64,000 nt of DNA, from contig CAYTSD010000001.1 of the NCBI GenBank assembly GCA_964440495.1, positions 3,104-67,103 of the forward strand, read 5' to 3'. The position numbers and the translations under genes were made by a program. The DNA is from an uncultured Nitrososphaeria archaeon. GTDB taxonomy: Archaea; Thermoproteota; Nitrososphaeria_A; Caldarchaeales; Wolframiiraptoraceae. This document shows positions 1-10,577 of this stretch, one piece after another. Numbering within the stretch: position 1 is the stretch's first letter; every line of letters starts with the position of its first letter. Below the pieces are notes generated by a model. It was not told the origin of the DNA and did no database searches. It saw only the letters and a list, made by a program, of their open reading frames with translations.

Positions 1-15
1 CGTCTCTAAAGAGGG

Positions 16-633
16 TTAGAGATTGTTGACTAGATAACTTGTTATGAGTTTGCGTTCTGCTCTCCTCAATATCTCTGAGAGTGTGGTCGGAGCTATAGAG
101 AGCTTTTCCGCAAGTTTTGTCAGGTTTAGTTTTCTCGGATACTCATAATATCCCATCGCGATGGCTGCTGCAAGTGCTTCCTCCTGCCTCGGCGTAATAG
201 CCATAACTTTCTCAAGCTTCCTAAGCTTCGTTAACTGCGGCTTAACACCTCTTTCCCTCAAAATTTTCACGATTTCCCTAAGCTCAGCTTCATCAAGAAA
301 CATTAAATCCAAATACATTACATTCTTTCCAAGAATTCTTATCGCTCTAATCTGACTCTGTTTTAAGCCAAGTTTCTTGTATGAGCAGGATAGGATTGCT
401 GCTCCAACATATCTTCCACTACCCGCCTCCCATGTTTTTAGATATTTTATCTCATCATCTCTGATTTTTTCTTCAGGATTTTTGCCGGCTTTCACAGTTA
501 TGAATACTAACCCATCTTTGGTTGGGAGGGGCTTGCATGTGAGAATCCTTAATCCTATTCTCTGTCTTTCCGCCAGTTCTTTTAGTAGAGGGCATCTGAC
601 CCCCTTTACACGTATCGTTGCTAGGACCTGCAT
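16..633 (-). CDS. Transcriptional regulator with C-terminal HTH_10 (bat-type) DNA-binding domain
   Basis: C-terminal segment GYYEYPRKLNLTKLAEKLSIAPTTLSEILRRAERKL resembles the archaeal HTH_10 helix-turn-helix. The N-terminal domain is not recognised. Confidence 0.5.
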   Translation of the reverse strand: MQVLATIRVKGVRCPLLKELAERQRIGLRILTCKPLPTKDGLVFITVKAGKNPEEKIRDDEIKYLKTWEAGSGRYVGAAILSCSYKKLGLKQSQIRAIRILGKNVMYLDLMFLDEAELREIVKILRERGVKPQLTKLRKLEKVMAITPRQEEALAAAIAMGYYEYPRKLNLTKLAEKLSIAPTTLSEILRRAERKLITSYLVNNL

Positions 634-843
634 GTCCTCATATGTGAGGGTGCCTTGATTTAAGGGGAGATGGAAAACGGCTAAATAATCTAGTCTCCCC
701 GACTTCCCTCTCTGGGGAGGAAGTAGAAGCTGCCTAAGGTTTATGCTATCTGGATACTTGATAGCTACAGGTCTTGGAAAAGTTGCTGACCTTGGGGAGG
801 CTATCTTTGCTCCAAGAGGTATAAAGATAAGAGGAGGTGGAGG

Positions 844-1638
844 TTAAGACCTACTTGTCACTCCCTCAATAAAGGCTCTTACACTCCTGCCTAGAACCGA
901 GTGGTTGTATCCTCCCTCCAAGACCGCGAACACTCTTCCCTTACATCTCCTCTCAGCGAACTCTCCAATCATCTCCCCAATCCTTCTATAGTCCTCGGTT
1001 TCTAGAACCCCTCCCCAGTCGTCGACATGTCTATCGAAGCCTGCTGAGACAGCTACTAAGTCATAGTCTCCAGCGGAGGCGAGAAACCTTCTAAGAGCTT
1101 CAAGCTGCTCCACCCTACTCCCTGAGGGTAGGTGGTAGTAGGCTACCTCCCCTGCTTCTGAGAATATCTCGGCTGTCCCGTCGCCATAGTGGAGGTCGAA
1201 GTCGATTATCAGCGCGCTCCCCACCCTCCCGCTTCTCCTAAGCCTCTCAACCGCGATGGCTATGTTGTTGAAGTAGCAGAAACCCCAGCTGCTGTCCCTT
1301 CCAGCATGGTGGCCAGGAGGCCTAATAGCCCCGAAGGAGGGTTCGCCGCCCAACGCGTTCTCCGAGGCCTTGACCGCCCCACCAACCGCGAGCAGGGCGT
1401 TCTCATAAAGTCTCAGAGACCTCACGTACTCCAAGTGCCTCTCCGTGTGGACGAGTAGGATATCCTCCTCCGAGGCAGGCTCAGGCTCCACAAACTCGAA
1501 ACCAGCTCTCCTAAGCTCCTCAACTATGCTCTCCATCCTCCCAGGAGCAGCCGCCGGGTCGCTTGAATAGACCTCAAGGTATCGTGGATGATAGACTATC
1601 TTCATGGCAGAGCATCTATCCGAGGCAGAGTATTTCAA
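844..1638 (-). CDS. Histone deacetylase / acetoin-utilization (HDAC/AcuC family) deacetylase
   Basis: Carries the arginase/deacetylase signature motifs [24 protein letters not shown] and LEGGY. The true start is probably the internal MKIVYHP at about 1605. Confidence 0.75.
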   Translation of the reverse strand: MKYSASDRCSAMKIVYHPRYLEVYSSDPAAAPGRMESIVEELRRAGFEFVEPEPASEEDILLVHTERHLEYVRSLRLYENALLAVGGAVKASENALGGEPSFGAIRPPGHHAGRDSSWGFCYFNNIAIAVERLRRSGRVGSALIIDFDLHYGDGTAEIFSEAGEVAYYHLPSGSRVEQLEALRRFLASAGDYDLVAVSAGFDRHVDDWGGVLETEDYRRIGEMIGEFAERRCKGRVFAVLEGGYNHSVLGRSVRAFIEGVTSRS

Positions 1639-1679
1639 GCTTAGGCTTATTAACGGCCGCTTCGAGGAACCTAGCGGAA

Positions 1680-1979
1680 TTGAGCTCCAGGAAATCCTCT
1701 AAGAAGAAACCATCTAGGGCCAGGAAGAAGACAGCTGTCAGGGAGATCTCCGTTCTTGAACACTTCCTAGTTCCCAAGCATAGGGTTCTAAGCCCTGAGG
1801 AGGCTGAGCAGGTGCTGAAAAAGTATGGGACGGAGCCTCAGAAGCTCCCCTACATCCATGCCTCAGACCCGGTCGTGAAGGCTCTTGGAGCCAAGCCCGG
1901 GGATATAATCGAGATTATAAGAGACTCTCCAACCGCTGGGAAGGCTGTCTACTACCGGCTTGTAGTGAAGAGCGAGTGA
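1680..1979 (+). CDS. rpoH: DNA-directed RNA polymerase subunit H (Rpb5 C-terminal domain homolog)
   Basis: C-terminal 75 aa ([41 protein letters not shown]) is a canonical RpoH. The ORF track extends it from a TTG at 1563 across the opposite-strand HDAC gene. There is no in-frame ATG, so a TTG at 1680 is proposed as the start and remains uncertain. Confidence 0.6.
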   Translation: MSSRKSSKKKPSRARKKTAVREISVLEHFLVPKHRVLSPEEAEQVLKKYGTEPQKLPYIHASDPVVKALGAKPGDIIEIIRDSPTAGKAVYYRLVVKSE

Positions 1980-2051
1980 ATCTGTTGTTCCATTTCTAAG
2001 AACAGGCTGTTTGAGAACCTAGCATTAAAGCTCTCTGAGTAGTAGCGGTAG

Positions 2052-3215
2052 GTGATGAAGCAGAAAAGAATCCTTCTCATATTGTTGGCCGTAGTCATAG
2101 GCTCTTCCCTAATAGCTGGATACATGGCTCAACTAATCATCGGAACTCCTGTGAAAGAGGTTTATCTTGGAGGAAGGCCTCCAAGGCCTCCAGCGGAAAC
2201 CGCTACACCGAGAACCATGGTTACAAAAACAGTTACGGCGGCCACCCCGACCACCGTCACCAAACCTTCCCTAGAAGTCTCCGAGAAACGCCCTGAGGCC
2301 AAGGTCTCCTACAGCGGTCAACCTGGAAGATTCATAGCCTATAGTGGGAGCGTTGGAATCTCCGTGCCCGAGGGAGAGGTTGAGGCGGCGGCAGCTCACG
2401 TCACAGCCCTGGTGGAGGGCTACGATGGATACATCTCCTCTATGGAGGTTACCGCGAGGAAGGCGGTGATAACGGCCAAGATTCCAGCCGAGCATCTCTC
2501 AGATTTCCTAGACAGCCTATCAACCATAGGTAAGATAGAGGAGAGAAGGGTTGAGGGCATCGACGTCACCGACAAGATAATAGACCTTAAGGCTAGGCTT
2601 AGGAACGCTGAGGCCGAGGAGTCTAGGCTTCTAGAGCTTTTCGAGAGGGCTGGAACCGTAAGCGAGCTACTGGAGGTTGAGAGGGAGCTCGCCAGAGTGA
2701 GGGAGGAGATAGAGGTTCTAAATGCTCAGATTAAGAACCTTGAGACGAGGGTAACCTACTCCTCGATTACGATAAGCATCTACGAGAGAAAGGAGTATGT
2801 CAAGCTGCTGTTTAGGGTTGTGGACTCGAGGGGGGTTGAGGTTCCAGGCGCCGAGATACTCGTTAAGCCTTCTTCAACCCGTTTAATCACCGACGAGCTT
2901 GGGGAGGCTGAAGCCTTCTTCGAGAAGGGAGAAAACCTAACCATAGTAGTAACCTATCTCCGCTCAGATGGACACCTACTGAAGAGAATTCTAGAAGAAT
3001 ACGCCGACAGGGATAAGACAGTCCTTATACGGTTCGGGGAGTCCATCGAGCCTCCAGCAGTAAACCTTGAATGGATAGGTTCAGCCGCCTTAGCTGCCCT
3101 AGGAATCATGGCCACCGGGCTGCTGGTGATAGTGATAATAGTCCTACCATCCCTGATGATAGCGTTGGCGTTGTATTCCTTGGCGGTGAGGGTATATAAG
3201 AAGCTGAGGAGATAG
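2052..3215 (+). CDS. Membrane-anchored protein with N-terminal signal/TM, central coiled coil and C-terminal TM anchor (hypothetical)
   Basis: Hydrophobic N-terminus (LLILLAVVIGSSLIAG), a Thr/Pro-rich linker, a heptad-like charged region (RLRNAEAEESRLLELFERAG..ELARVREEIEVLNAQIKNLE) and a C-terminal hydrophobic stretch. No enzymatic motif is seen. It lies between rpoH and rpoB. Confidence 0.5.
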   Translation: MMKQKRILLILLAVVIGSSLIAGYMAQLIIGTPVKEVYLGGRPPRPPAETATPRTMVTKTVTAATPTTVTKPSLEVSEKRPEAKVSYSGQPGRFIAYSGSVGISVPEGEVEAAAAHVTALVEGYDGYISSMEVTARKAVITAKIPAEHLSDFLDSLSTIGKIEERRVEGIDVTDKIIDLKARLRNAEAEESRLLELFERAGTVSELLEVERELARVREEIEVLNAQIKNLETRVTYSSITISIYERKEYVKLLFRVVDSRGVEVPGAEILVKPSSTRLITDELGEAEAFFEKGENLTIVVTYLRSDGHLLKRILEEYADRDKTVLIRFGESIEPPAVNLEWIGSAALAALGIMATGLLVIVIIVLPSLMIALALYSLAVRVYKKLRR

Positions 3216-3372
3216 GGCTGCTCCCCCTTAAATCCCATGCCTAGGGGAGACCGTGGGGAAGGAAAAGGGTTAAAATTTAGGCCTCTAATGCTTGAGTGAA
3301 GACTTGGGGTAATATGGGAGTGAAAATAGAATCGTATTACAGGATATGGTTAGATAGGGGTGGCGATACCGG

Positions 3373-6300
3373 ATGTTAAAGCAGGTTGAATTCACTAAGG
3401 AGGACCTATGGGAGGTTATGCGGGCGTTCATCGAGGAGGAAGGCCTAGTCCAGCATCACATCAAGTCCTACAACCACTTCGTCAAGGAGGGTCTGAAAGA
3501 GCTTATAAAGTCTCTGGGAGACCTCGAGGTTAGGACGAAGTATGGGACGATAACGCTGAAGATGAGGGACCCGGAGATCGGGAAGCCCAGCGTAGTCGAG
3601 ATAGATGGAACCGTTCTCGAGAATGTTAAGCCTATGGAGTGTAGGCTTAGGAACCTGACCTACGCCGCTCCCCTATACGTCACCATGTCACTCTTCGTTG
3701 ACGGTAAGCCTGTCACAAGACCTGAGAAGGTTGAGGTTGGAATAATCCCCATAATGGTGAAGTCCGAGGTATGCCCGCTCTCGAAGATGAGCGACGAGGA
3801 GCTCATGGAGATAGGTGAAGACCCTAGAGACCCAGGCGGATACTTCATAATCAACGGCTCGGAGAGGGTTATCGTAGCCATAGAAGACCTGGCGCCAAAC
3901 CGGATAATGGTCACCGAGAGGGACTCGGAGACGGGGCAGCTCAGCGCAGTAGTCCTCTCAGCAGCCTACGGTAAACAAGCTAGAACTGAGGTAACCTACA
4001 AGCCTGGAGGAGCCCTCAAAGTATTCTTCTCAAGAATCTACAAGGGAATCCCAGCGATAATCATGCTCAGAGCCCTTGGAATGACGAACGACAGAGAGAT
4101 AGTAAACATGGTCTCACAGTTCAAGGAGGCTCAGGAGCTTCTAGAACAATCCTTCCAAGAAGCCGAGGGAATAGACTCAGAGTATGAGGCTCTCCGCTAC
4201 ATCGGGAACCGGATAGCCTTCGGATACGCCGAAGAGTATAGGATGCAGAGAGCTGAACAGCTTATCGACAACGTCTTCCTACCCCACATAGGGACGACGA
4301 AGGCTGCAAGGTATCAGAAGGCGGTCTTCCTCTGCGAGATAATAGGCCGCCTACTAGAGACAAGCCTAAAGATAAGGAAGCCGAGTGACAGAGACCACTA
4401 CGCGAACAAGCGTCTCAAGCTGGCTGGCCCACTCCTCATGGAGCTCTACCGAATGGCATTCATGAAGCTTCTAAGGGATATTAGGTATCAGCTTGAGCGT
4501 GCGGCGAGCTCCCGTTACCCGATAAGCGTCTCAACCTTCGTCAGGCCTGGAATAATCACAGACTTCGTTAAGCATGCCTTCGCTACGGGTAACTGGCCCG
4601 CTGGAAGGGTTGGGGTAACCCAGCTCTTGAACCGTACAAACTATCTCGCGACGATAAGCCACCTGAGAAGGGTTCAGTCCCCCCTAAGCAGAAGCCAGCC
4701 TCACTTCGAGGCCAGAGACCTCCATGGAACCCACTGGGGTAGAATCTGCCCAGCCGAGACCCCTGAGGGAAGCAACTGCGGCCTCGTCAAGAACCTCGCC
4801 CTAAGCGCTGAGATAAGCTTCCCAGCTAGAAGGAGAGATGTATTGGAGAAGCTCTACTCCTTCGGAGTTCTCCCGCTTACAGAAGTCATCTCAAGGAGGA
4901 AACCCTATCCTGTGAAAGTCTTCGTGGACGGGCTTCTCGTAGGCTTCCACACCAATGGAGAGGAGCTGGTAAGGAGTCTGAGAGAGCTTAGGAGGAAGGG
5001 AGAGATAAGCAGCGAGATAAACTTCGCCCTCCACAAGTATGGCCGCGTCCAAGAGCTCTGGATAAACACCGATGAGGGCAGGGTTCGGAGACCCCTAATC
5101 ATAGTTGAGAAGGGTAAGCCTCTACTCAAGAAGCAGCATATAGAGTCCCTCAGGAACAGGACTCTCAGGTTCCGAGACCTCGTCTCCATGGGCCTCATAG
5201 AGTTCCTCGACGCCGAAGAGGAGGAGAACGCATACATAGCTCTCAGACCTGAAGACCTAACACCCGAGCACACCCACCTAGAGATATCGCCCTACGCTAT
5301 GCTTGGAGCAGTCGTCTCAATAATCCCCTACGCCGAGCACAACCAGTCGCCTAGAAACGTGTATGAGGGAGCCATGGGGAAGCAGGCTCTCGGAATCTTC
5401 GCAGTAAACTACGACCTAAGAGTGGACTCGAGGATGCATGTCCTAGTCTATCCGCAGCGTCCCCTAGTCGCGACGAAGGCCTCCGAGCTAATAGGTCTCG
5501 ATGTTAGGCCGACGGGCCAGAACATGGTTGTAGCGGTTCTCACGGGACAGGGATACAACATGGAGGACGCAGTGGTCTTGAATAAGTCCTCGATAGAGCG
5601 TGGCCTCGGCCTCTCACTCAGTTATAGAACCTACGAGGTTGAGGCGAGAACCTACATCGGCGGACAGAAGGACATAATCGGGATACCTGAACCAACCATC
5701 AGAGGGTATAGAGGTGAACAGAACTACCGAGTGCTGGACGCAGACGGCCTCGCCCACATAGAGTCCGATGTCAAGGGTGGAATCGTACTCGTAGGTGTGA
5801 AGAGCCCGCCAAGATTCTTGGAAGAATATCAACGCGCCCCAGCCCGTGAGATGATATGGAGAGACGCCTCCGTGGCCGTGAGACCCTCAGAGGTCGGAGT
5901 CGTCGACAACATCTTCCTAACACGCACGGAGGAAGGTAACAAACTGATTAAGGCTAAGGTTCGAAGCTTCTGTGCGGCAGAGATAGGTGACAAGTTCTCC
6001 TCACGCCACGGCCAGAAGGGAATAGTTGGAATGATATTCCCTCAGGAAGACATGCCCTACACAGAGAGCGGGATAGTCCCAGACCTAATCATAAATCCAC
6101 ACGCGTTCCCAAGCAGGATGACGATAGGCCAGCTACTAGAAAGCATAGCTGGGAAGGTTGCGGCGCTCAAGGGAGAAATTATCGATGGAACACCCTTCAT
6201 GGGCAAGCCTCTAGAAGAGCTGAGAAAAGAGCTTGAAGCACTAGGATTCAAGAGCACAGGCAAGGAAGTAATGTATGATGGATTGACGGGTAAACGGTTC

Positions 6301-6723
6301 GAGGCGGAGATATTCATCGGCGTCGTCTACTATCAGAGACTCCACCACCTAGTCAGAGATAAAATCCATGCGAGAGCGAGAGGACAGGTTCAGATGCTTA
6401 CGAGGCAGCCTACAGAGGGTAGAAGCAGAGGAGGTGGACTAAAGTTCGGGGAGATGGAGCGCGACTGCCTCATAGCGCATGGAGCAAGCTACCTACTCCT
6501 CGATAGACTTTTGGAGCAGAGCGATAGATATACGGCCTACTTCTGCGAGGAATGCGGTCTCCCAGCATACTATGACCTCAAGCAGGAGCGATTCATCTGC
6601 CCAATCCATGGAAAAGATGCGAGAGTTAGACCCGTCACACTCTCCTACGCATTCTACCTGCTCCTAGAGGAGATGATGAGCATGCTAATCTATCCTAAGC
6701 TCCTGTTCGAGGAGGAGGTGTAG
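3373..6723 (+). CDS. rpoB: DNA-directed RNA polymerase subunit B (unsplit)
   Basis: An 1116-aa protein with RNAP second-largest-subunit regions along its length, including a C-terminal Zn-binding CEECG..CPIHG. It sits immediately upstream of rpoA as in archaeal operons. Confidence 0.95.
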   Translation: MLKQVEFTKEDLWEVMRAFIEEEGLVQHHIKSYNHFVKEGLKELIKSLGDLEVRTKYGTITLKMRDPEIGKPSVVEIDGTVLENVKPMECRLRNLTYAAPLYVTMSLFVDGKPVTRPEKVEVGIIPIMVKSEVCPLSKMSDEELMEIGEDPRDPGGYFIINGSERVIVAIEDLAPNRIMVTERDSETGQLSAVVLSAAYGKQARTEVTYKPGGALKVFFSRIYKGIPAIIMLRALGMTNDREIVNMVSQFKEAQELLEQSFQEAEGIDSEYEALRYIGNRIAFGYAEEYRMQRAEQLIDNVFLPHIGTTKAARYQKAVFLCEIIGRLLETSLKIRKPSDRDHYANKRLKLAGPLLMELYRMAFMKLLRDIRYQLERAASSRYPISVSTFVRPGIITDFVKHAFATGNWPAGRVGVTQLLNRTNYLATISHLRRVQSPLSRSQPHFEARDLHGTHWGRICPAETPEGSNCGLVKNLALSAEISFPARRRDVLEKLYSFGVLPLTEVISRRKPYPVKVFVDGLLVGFHTNGEELVRSLRELRRKGEISSEINFALHKYGRVQELWINTDEGRVRRPLIIVEKGKPLLKKQHIESLRNRTLRFRDLVSMGLIEFLDAEEEENAYIALRPEDLTPEHTHLEISPYAMLGAVVSIIPYAEHNQSPRNVYEGAMGKQALGIFAVNYDLRVDSRMHVLVYPQRPLVATKASELIGLDVRPTGQNMVVAVLTGQGYNMEDAVVLNKSSIERGLGLSLSYRTYEVEARTYIGGQKDIIGIPEPTIRGYRGEQNYRVLDADGLAHIESDVKGGIVLVGVKSPPRFLEEYQRAPAREMIWRDASVAVRPSEVGVVDNIFLTRTEEGNKLIKAKVRSFCAAEIGDKFSSRHGQKGIVGMIFPQEDMPYTESGIVPDLIINPHAFPSRMTIGQLLESIAGKVAALKGEIIDGTPFMGKPLEELRKELEALGFKSTGKEVMYDGLTGKRFEAEIFIGVVYYQRLHHLVRDKIHARARGQVQMLTRQPTEGRSRGGGLKFGEMERDCLIAHGASYLLLDRLLEQSDRYTAYFCEECGLPAYYDLKQERFICPIHGKDARVRPVTLSYAFYLLLEEMMSMLIYPKLLFEEEV

Positions 6724-6727
6724 AAAG

Positions 6728-9700
6728 ATGTCAATCTCATCCTACATAGGCACTGTTAAGGGAATCATGTTCGGAATCCTCTCGCCAGACATGATTAGAA
6801 AGATGAGCGTCGCAGAGATACAGAACCCAGACACCTACGACGAGGATGGTATGCCGATACCAACCGGAGTAATGGACCCACGTCTCGGAACACTTGAGCC
6901 AGGTCAGAGATGCAAGACGTGTGGAAACACGTATCTCGGCTGCCCAGGCCACTTCGGACATATAGAGCTTCCAGTCCCAGTAGTCCACGTAGGGTTCGTC
7001 AAACATATCCATAGCCTTCTCAAGGCAACCTGCCGCTCATGTGGAAGAATACTCCTCTCCGACGAGGAGATAGAGAAGTATAGGGCGCAGATAAAGAAGA
7101 TGGAGGAGGAGGGCAGGGTCTCGAAGGAGATCTACTACAAGATTCTCCAGAAGGCTATGATGGCTCCGAAGTGTCCTCACTGTGAGGAGAAGCAGTATAA
7201 GATTGAGCTGGAGAAGCCGACAACCTTCATAGAGGTTGTTGACTCGGAGAGACGTAGGCTCACGCCGCACGCCGTCAGAGCAAGACTTGAAAGAATAAGG
7301 GACGAAGACCTGGAACTTCTAGGACTGGACCCGAAGGTAGCCCGCCCAGAGTGGATGGTTATAACAGTTCTACCAGTCCCACCGGTCTATGTCAGACCAT
7401 CAATAACACTTGAATCAGGGTTCCGCTCCGAAGACGACCTAACACACAAGCTCGTCGACATACTCCGAGTCGTTCAGAGGCTTAGAGAAAACATCAACGC
7501 GGGTTCACCTTCACCAGTCATAGCCGAGCTCGCAGACCTCCTCCAATACCATGTGACAACCTATCTCAACAACGAGGTTCCGGGAGTGGCTCCAGCAACC
7601 CATAGAAGCGGGAGGCCTCTCAAGACCCTGGCGCAGAGGCTTAAAGGAAAGGAGGGAAGATTCAGGCTTAACCTGAGTGGAAAAAGAGTGGACTTCTCAG
7701 CGAGAACCGTCATCTCACCCGACCCAAGCATAAGCATCAACGAGGTCGGAGTCCCAAGAGACATAGCGATGCAGCTGACAGTCCCGGAAAAAGTAACGGA
7801 ATGGAATGTTGAGAGGCTGAGGCACTACATTAGGAATGGGCCTGACAAGTATCCTGGAGCCAAGTATGTTATTAGGCCTGACGGTAAGAGGGTTAGGTTA
7901 AAGTTTGCCCAGGACTTGGAGGAGGTTGCAAACACAATCGAGCCGGGATTCGTTGTTGAGCGGCACTTAATCGATGGAGACATTGTTTTGTTCAATCGTC
8001 AGCCGAGTCTTCACAGAATGTCGATAATGGCTCACAGGGTCAAGGTTCTACCCTACAAGACCTTCCGACTGAATCTAGCTGTCTGCACACCCTACAACGC
8101 CGACTTCGATGGAGACGAGATGAACCTACATGTTCCTCAGAGTGAGGAGGCTCAGACGGAGGCGCGGATACTCCTAATAGTCCAGAACAATCTCCTCTCA
8201 CCGCGTTACGGTGCACCAATAATCGGCGCAATAAGAGACTTCATAACAGCTATGTATCTCCTAACAAGGGATGGAACCTATCTAACAAGCAAGGAGCTAT
8301 CCTACATCCTAACCGCAATAGGGTATGAGGGAGAGGTTCCAGAGCCTGAGATAAAGAAGCCTGAGCCGAGGTGGAGTGGGAAGCAGATATTCAGCCTACT
8401 CCTCCCGAAGGGCTTCAACCACCACTTCAGAGCCTCATTCTCACCAGACATAGAAGTGGTAATAGAGGATGGAAAACTGGTCAAAGGTGTAATAGACAAG
8501 AGTGCGATAGGTGTTGAGAAAGCTAACAGCATCCTTCATAGAATAGCGATGGAGTATGGAACCGAGGCGGCCAAAGAGTTCCTCGACAAAATCGTCAAGG
8601 TTGCGAACACCTATCTGAATCTACGTGGATTCAGCTTCGGCGTCGACGACCTAGAGATACCTAAGGAAGCCTACAAGGAGCTTAAGAAGGTCTTTAAGAA
8701 GATGGATGAAGCCTTTAACGCCCTCAAAGCAAACTATGAGCGTGGAAGAATAGAGGTTAGACCTGGAGAGACGCTTGAACAAGCATTCGAATCCAATATT
8801 CTCCAGATACTCTCCGAGGCGAGAGAAGAAGCAGGGAAGGTCGCTAGAAAATACATCTCACCTGAAAGTAGCGCCGTGATAATGACGAGAACCGGGGCAA
8901 GAGGCTCCCTGTTAAACATCGACCAGATGGTCGCGGTTGTTGGGCAGCAGGCCGTTAGGAGGGAACGTATTAAGAGAGGATTCATGGACCGTGTTCTAAC
9001 CTTCTTTAAGCCTGGAGATGTCTCGCCTAAGGCTAGGGGATTCGTCTACCACTCCTTCATCCAGGGACTAGACCCGATAGAGTTCTTCTTCCACATGGCC
9101 GGTGGAAGAGACGGCCTCGTCGACACGGCTGTGAGAACCCAGCAGAGCGGATACATGCAGCGTCGTCTAATCAACGCCCTCGAATCTCTCTACGTCGAGT
9201 ATGATGGAACTGTGAGAACGACAGATGAGAAGCGTATAGTCCAGTTCCTCTACGGTGAGGATGGGATAGACCCCTCGAAGAGCTATCACGGTGAAGCCGT
9301 AAACATAGGGGTCCTAATAGATAGGCTTGGAATCAAACGTGGAGCTAAGCCGCCGATAAGTCAAGGGAAGCTTGAGGAGATGCTGAAAGAATATGAGGCC
9401 AGGATTCCGCCGATGCTTCTGGAGAAGGCGAAGGAGACGATAACTAAGACTAAGATAAGTGAGAGTGACGCTGACAGGCTTCTAAGAGAGATATACAAAG
9501 AGTATGGGAGGAATAGGGTTGAGCCTGGGGAGGCTGTTGGAATAGTTACAGCTCAGTCGATAGGTGAGCCGAGCACCCAGCTCACCCTCAGAACCTTCCA
9601 CTTCGCTGGAGTACGTGAGCAGAGCATCCTCCTAGGACTCCCAAGACTCATCGAGATAGTTGACGCAAGGAAGACTCCATCCACACCTATAATGCGTATC

Positions 9701-10537
9701 CCGCTTGAGCCTGAGTATGCCAAGAGCAAGGTGAAGGCTCAGAGGCTTGCACGCCAGCTCCGGTACACGGTCTTCGAAGACATAGTCTCAGGAGTAGGCT
9801 ACAACCTTAGAAGAAACGCGGTAGTCCTACAGCTTGACGAGCAGGCCATGAGGCTCCGTGGAGTAACGATGAAGGATGTTGAGCAGGCCTTGAAGCACAG
9901 CAAGCTAAAGTATAGTATAGCCGACAAAAGCGTGTCGGTAACATCCGGAGAAGAGGGGATTCAGAGCCTTGAGAAGTTGAAGGATAAGCTTCTAGCGATG
10001 AAGGTTAAGGGGGTCAAGAGGATAAAGAAGACCATGGTCAAGTATGAGAACGGGGAATATGTTATACTGACCGACGGCTCAAACCTAAAGGAGGTTATCC
10101 AGATACCTGGAGTCGATTATAGACGTGTCTGGACCAACAATATCCACGAGATAGCGGAGGTCTTCGGGATAGAGGCGGCTAGGGCGGCGATAGTGAGGGA
10201 GATGAAGCATGTTCTCGACGAGCAGGGACTCGACGTGGATATAAGACATCTAATGCTCCTCGCAGACATGATGACCCTTAACGGCTCAGTCAAGCAGGTT
10301 GGAAGACATGGAGTAGTCCGATTGAAGAGCAGCCCACTCGCTAGAGCAGCCTTCGAGATAAGCGTCCAGACACTCCTAGACGCGGCTGTGAGAGGAGAGA
10401 TTGACTGGCTTCGCGGAAACGTTGAACGTATCCTGATAGGAAAGGAGATTCTCGTCGGCACGGGGATGGTCTCCCTCCTAATGATGTATCCTGGGATAGC
10501 TGACGGAGGCTTAGGCAAGGAAGAGAAGAAGAGCTGA
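6728..10537 (+). CDS. rpoA: DNA-directed RNA polymerase subunit A, unsplit (A' and A'' fused)
   Basis: A 1269-aa single ORF. The N-terminal Zn motif CKTCG..CPGHFGH and the catalytic NADFDGDEMN loop are present. The A''-like C-terminal part follows in frame with no stop or restart. Confidence 0.95.
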   Translation: MSISSYIGTVKGIMFGILSPDMIRKMSVAEIQNPDTYDEDGMPIPTGVMDPRLGTLEPGQRCKTCGNTYLGCPGHFGHIELPVPVVHVGFVKHIHSLLKATCRSCGRILLSDEEIEKYRAQIKKMEEEGRVSKEIYYKILQKAMMAPKCPHCEEKQYKIELEKPTTFIEVVDSERRRLTPHAVRARLERIRDEDLELLGLDPKVARPEWMVITVLPVPPVYVRPSITLESGFRSEDDLTHKLVDILRVVQRLRENINAGSPSPVIAELADLLQYHVTTYLNNEVPGVAPATHRSGRPLKTLAQRLKGKEGRFRLNLSGKRVDFSARTVISPDPSISINEVGVPRDIAMQLTVPEKVTEWNVERLRHYIRNGPDKYPGAKYVIRPDGKRVRLKFAQDLEEVANTIEPGFVVERHLIDGDIVLFNRQPSLHRMSIMAHRVKVLPYKTFRLNLAVCTPYNADFDGDEMNLHVPQSEEAQTEARILLIVQNNLLSPRYGAPIIGAIRDFITAMYLLTRDGTYLTSKELSYILTAIGYEGEVPEPEIKKPEPRWSGKQIFSLLLPKGFNHHFRASFSPDIEVVIEDGKLVKGVIDKSAIGVEKANSILHRIAMEYGTEAAKEFLDKIVKVANTYLNLRGFSFGVDDLEIPKEAYKELKKVFKKMDEAFNALKANYERGRIEVRPGETLEQAFESNILQILSEAREEAGKVARKYISPESSAVIMTRTGARGSLLNIDQMVAVVGQQAVRRERIKRGFMDRVLTFFKPGDVSPKARGFVYHSFIQGLDPIEFFFHMAGGRDGLVDTAVRTQQSGYMQRRLINALESLYVEYDGTVRTTDEKRIVQFLYGEDGIDPSKSYHGEAVNIGVLIDRLGIKRGAKPPISQGKLEEMLKEYEARIPPMLLEKAKETITKTKISESDADRLLREIYKEYGRNRVEPGEAVGIVTAQSIGEPSTQLTLRTFHFAGVREQSILLGLPRLIEIVDARKTPSTPIMRIPLEPEYAKSKVKAQRLARQLRYTVFEDIVSGVGYNLRRNAVVLQLDEQAMRLRGVTMKDVEQALKHSKLKYSIADKSVSVTSGEEGIQSLEKLKDKLLAMKVKGVKRIKKTMVKYENGEYVILTDGSNLKEVIQIPGVDYRRVWTNNIHEIAEVFGIEAARAAIVREMKHVLDEQGLDVDIRHLMLLADMMTLNGSVKQVGRHGVVRLKSSPLARAAFEISVQTLLDAAVRGEIDWLRGNVERILIGKEILVGTGMVSLLMMYPGIADGGLGKEEKKS

Positions 10538-10577
10538 GGAAGGCTCTTATACACCCACTCCACCTAAAGATGCCTAG

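Noticed and set aside
633-844. Possible ncRNA in the 210-bp gap between the HTH regulator and the HDAC-like gene (hairpin ggggaga...tctcccc at about 661..697)
   Set aside because: Only a single imperfect stem-loop was seen. It is more likely a convergent-gene terminator or spacer, and no tRNA-like fold was found.
1563-1679. N-terminal 39-codon extension of the rpoH ORF starting at TTG 1563
   Set aside because: It overlaps the HDAC-like gene on the opposite strand and has no similarity to RpoH. A shorter start is more plausible.
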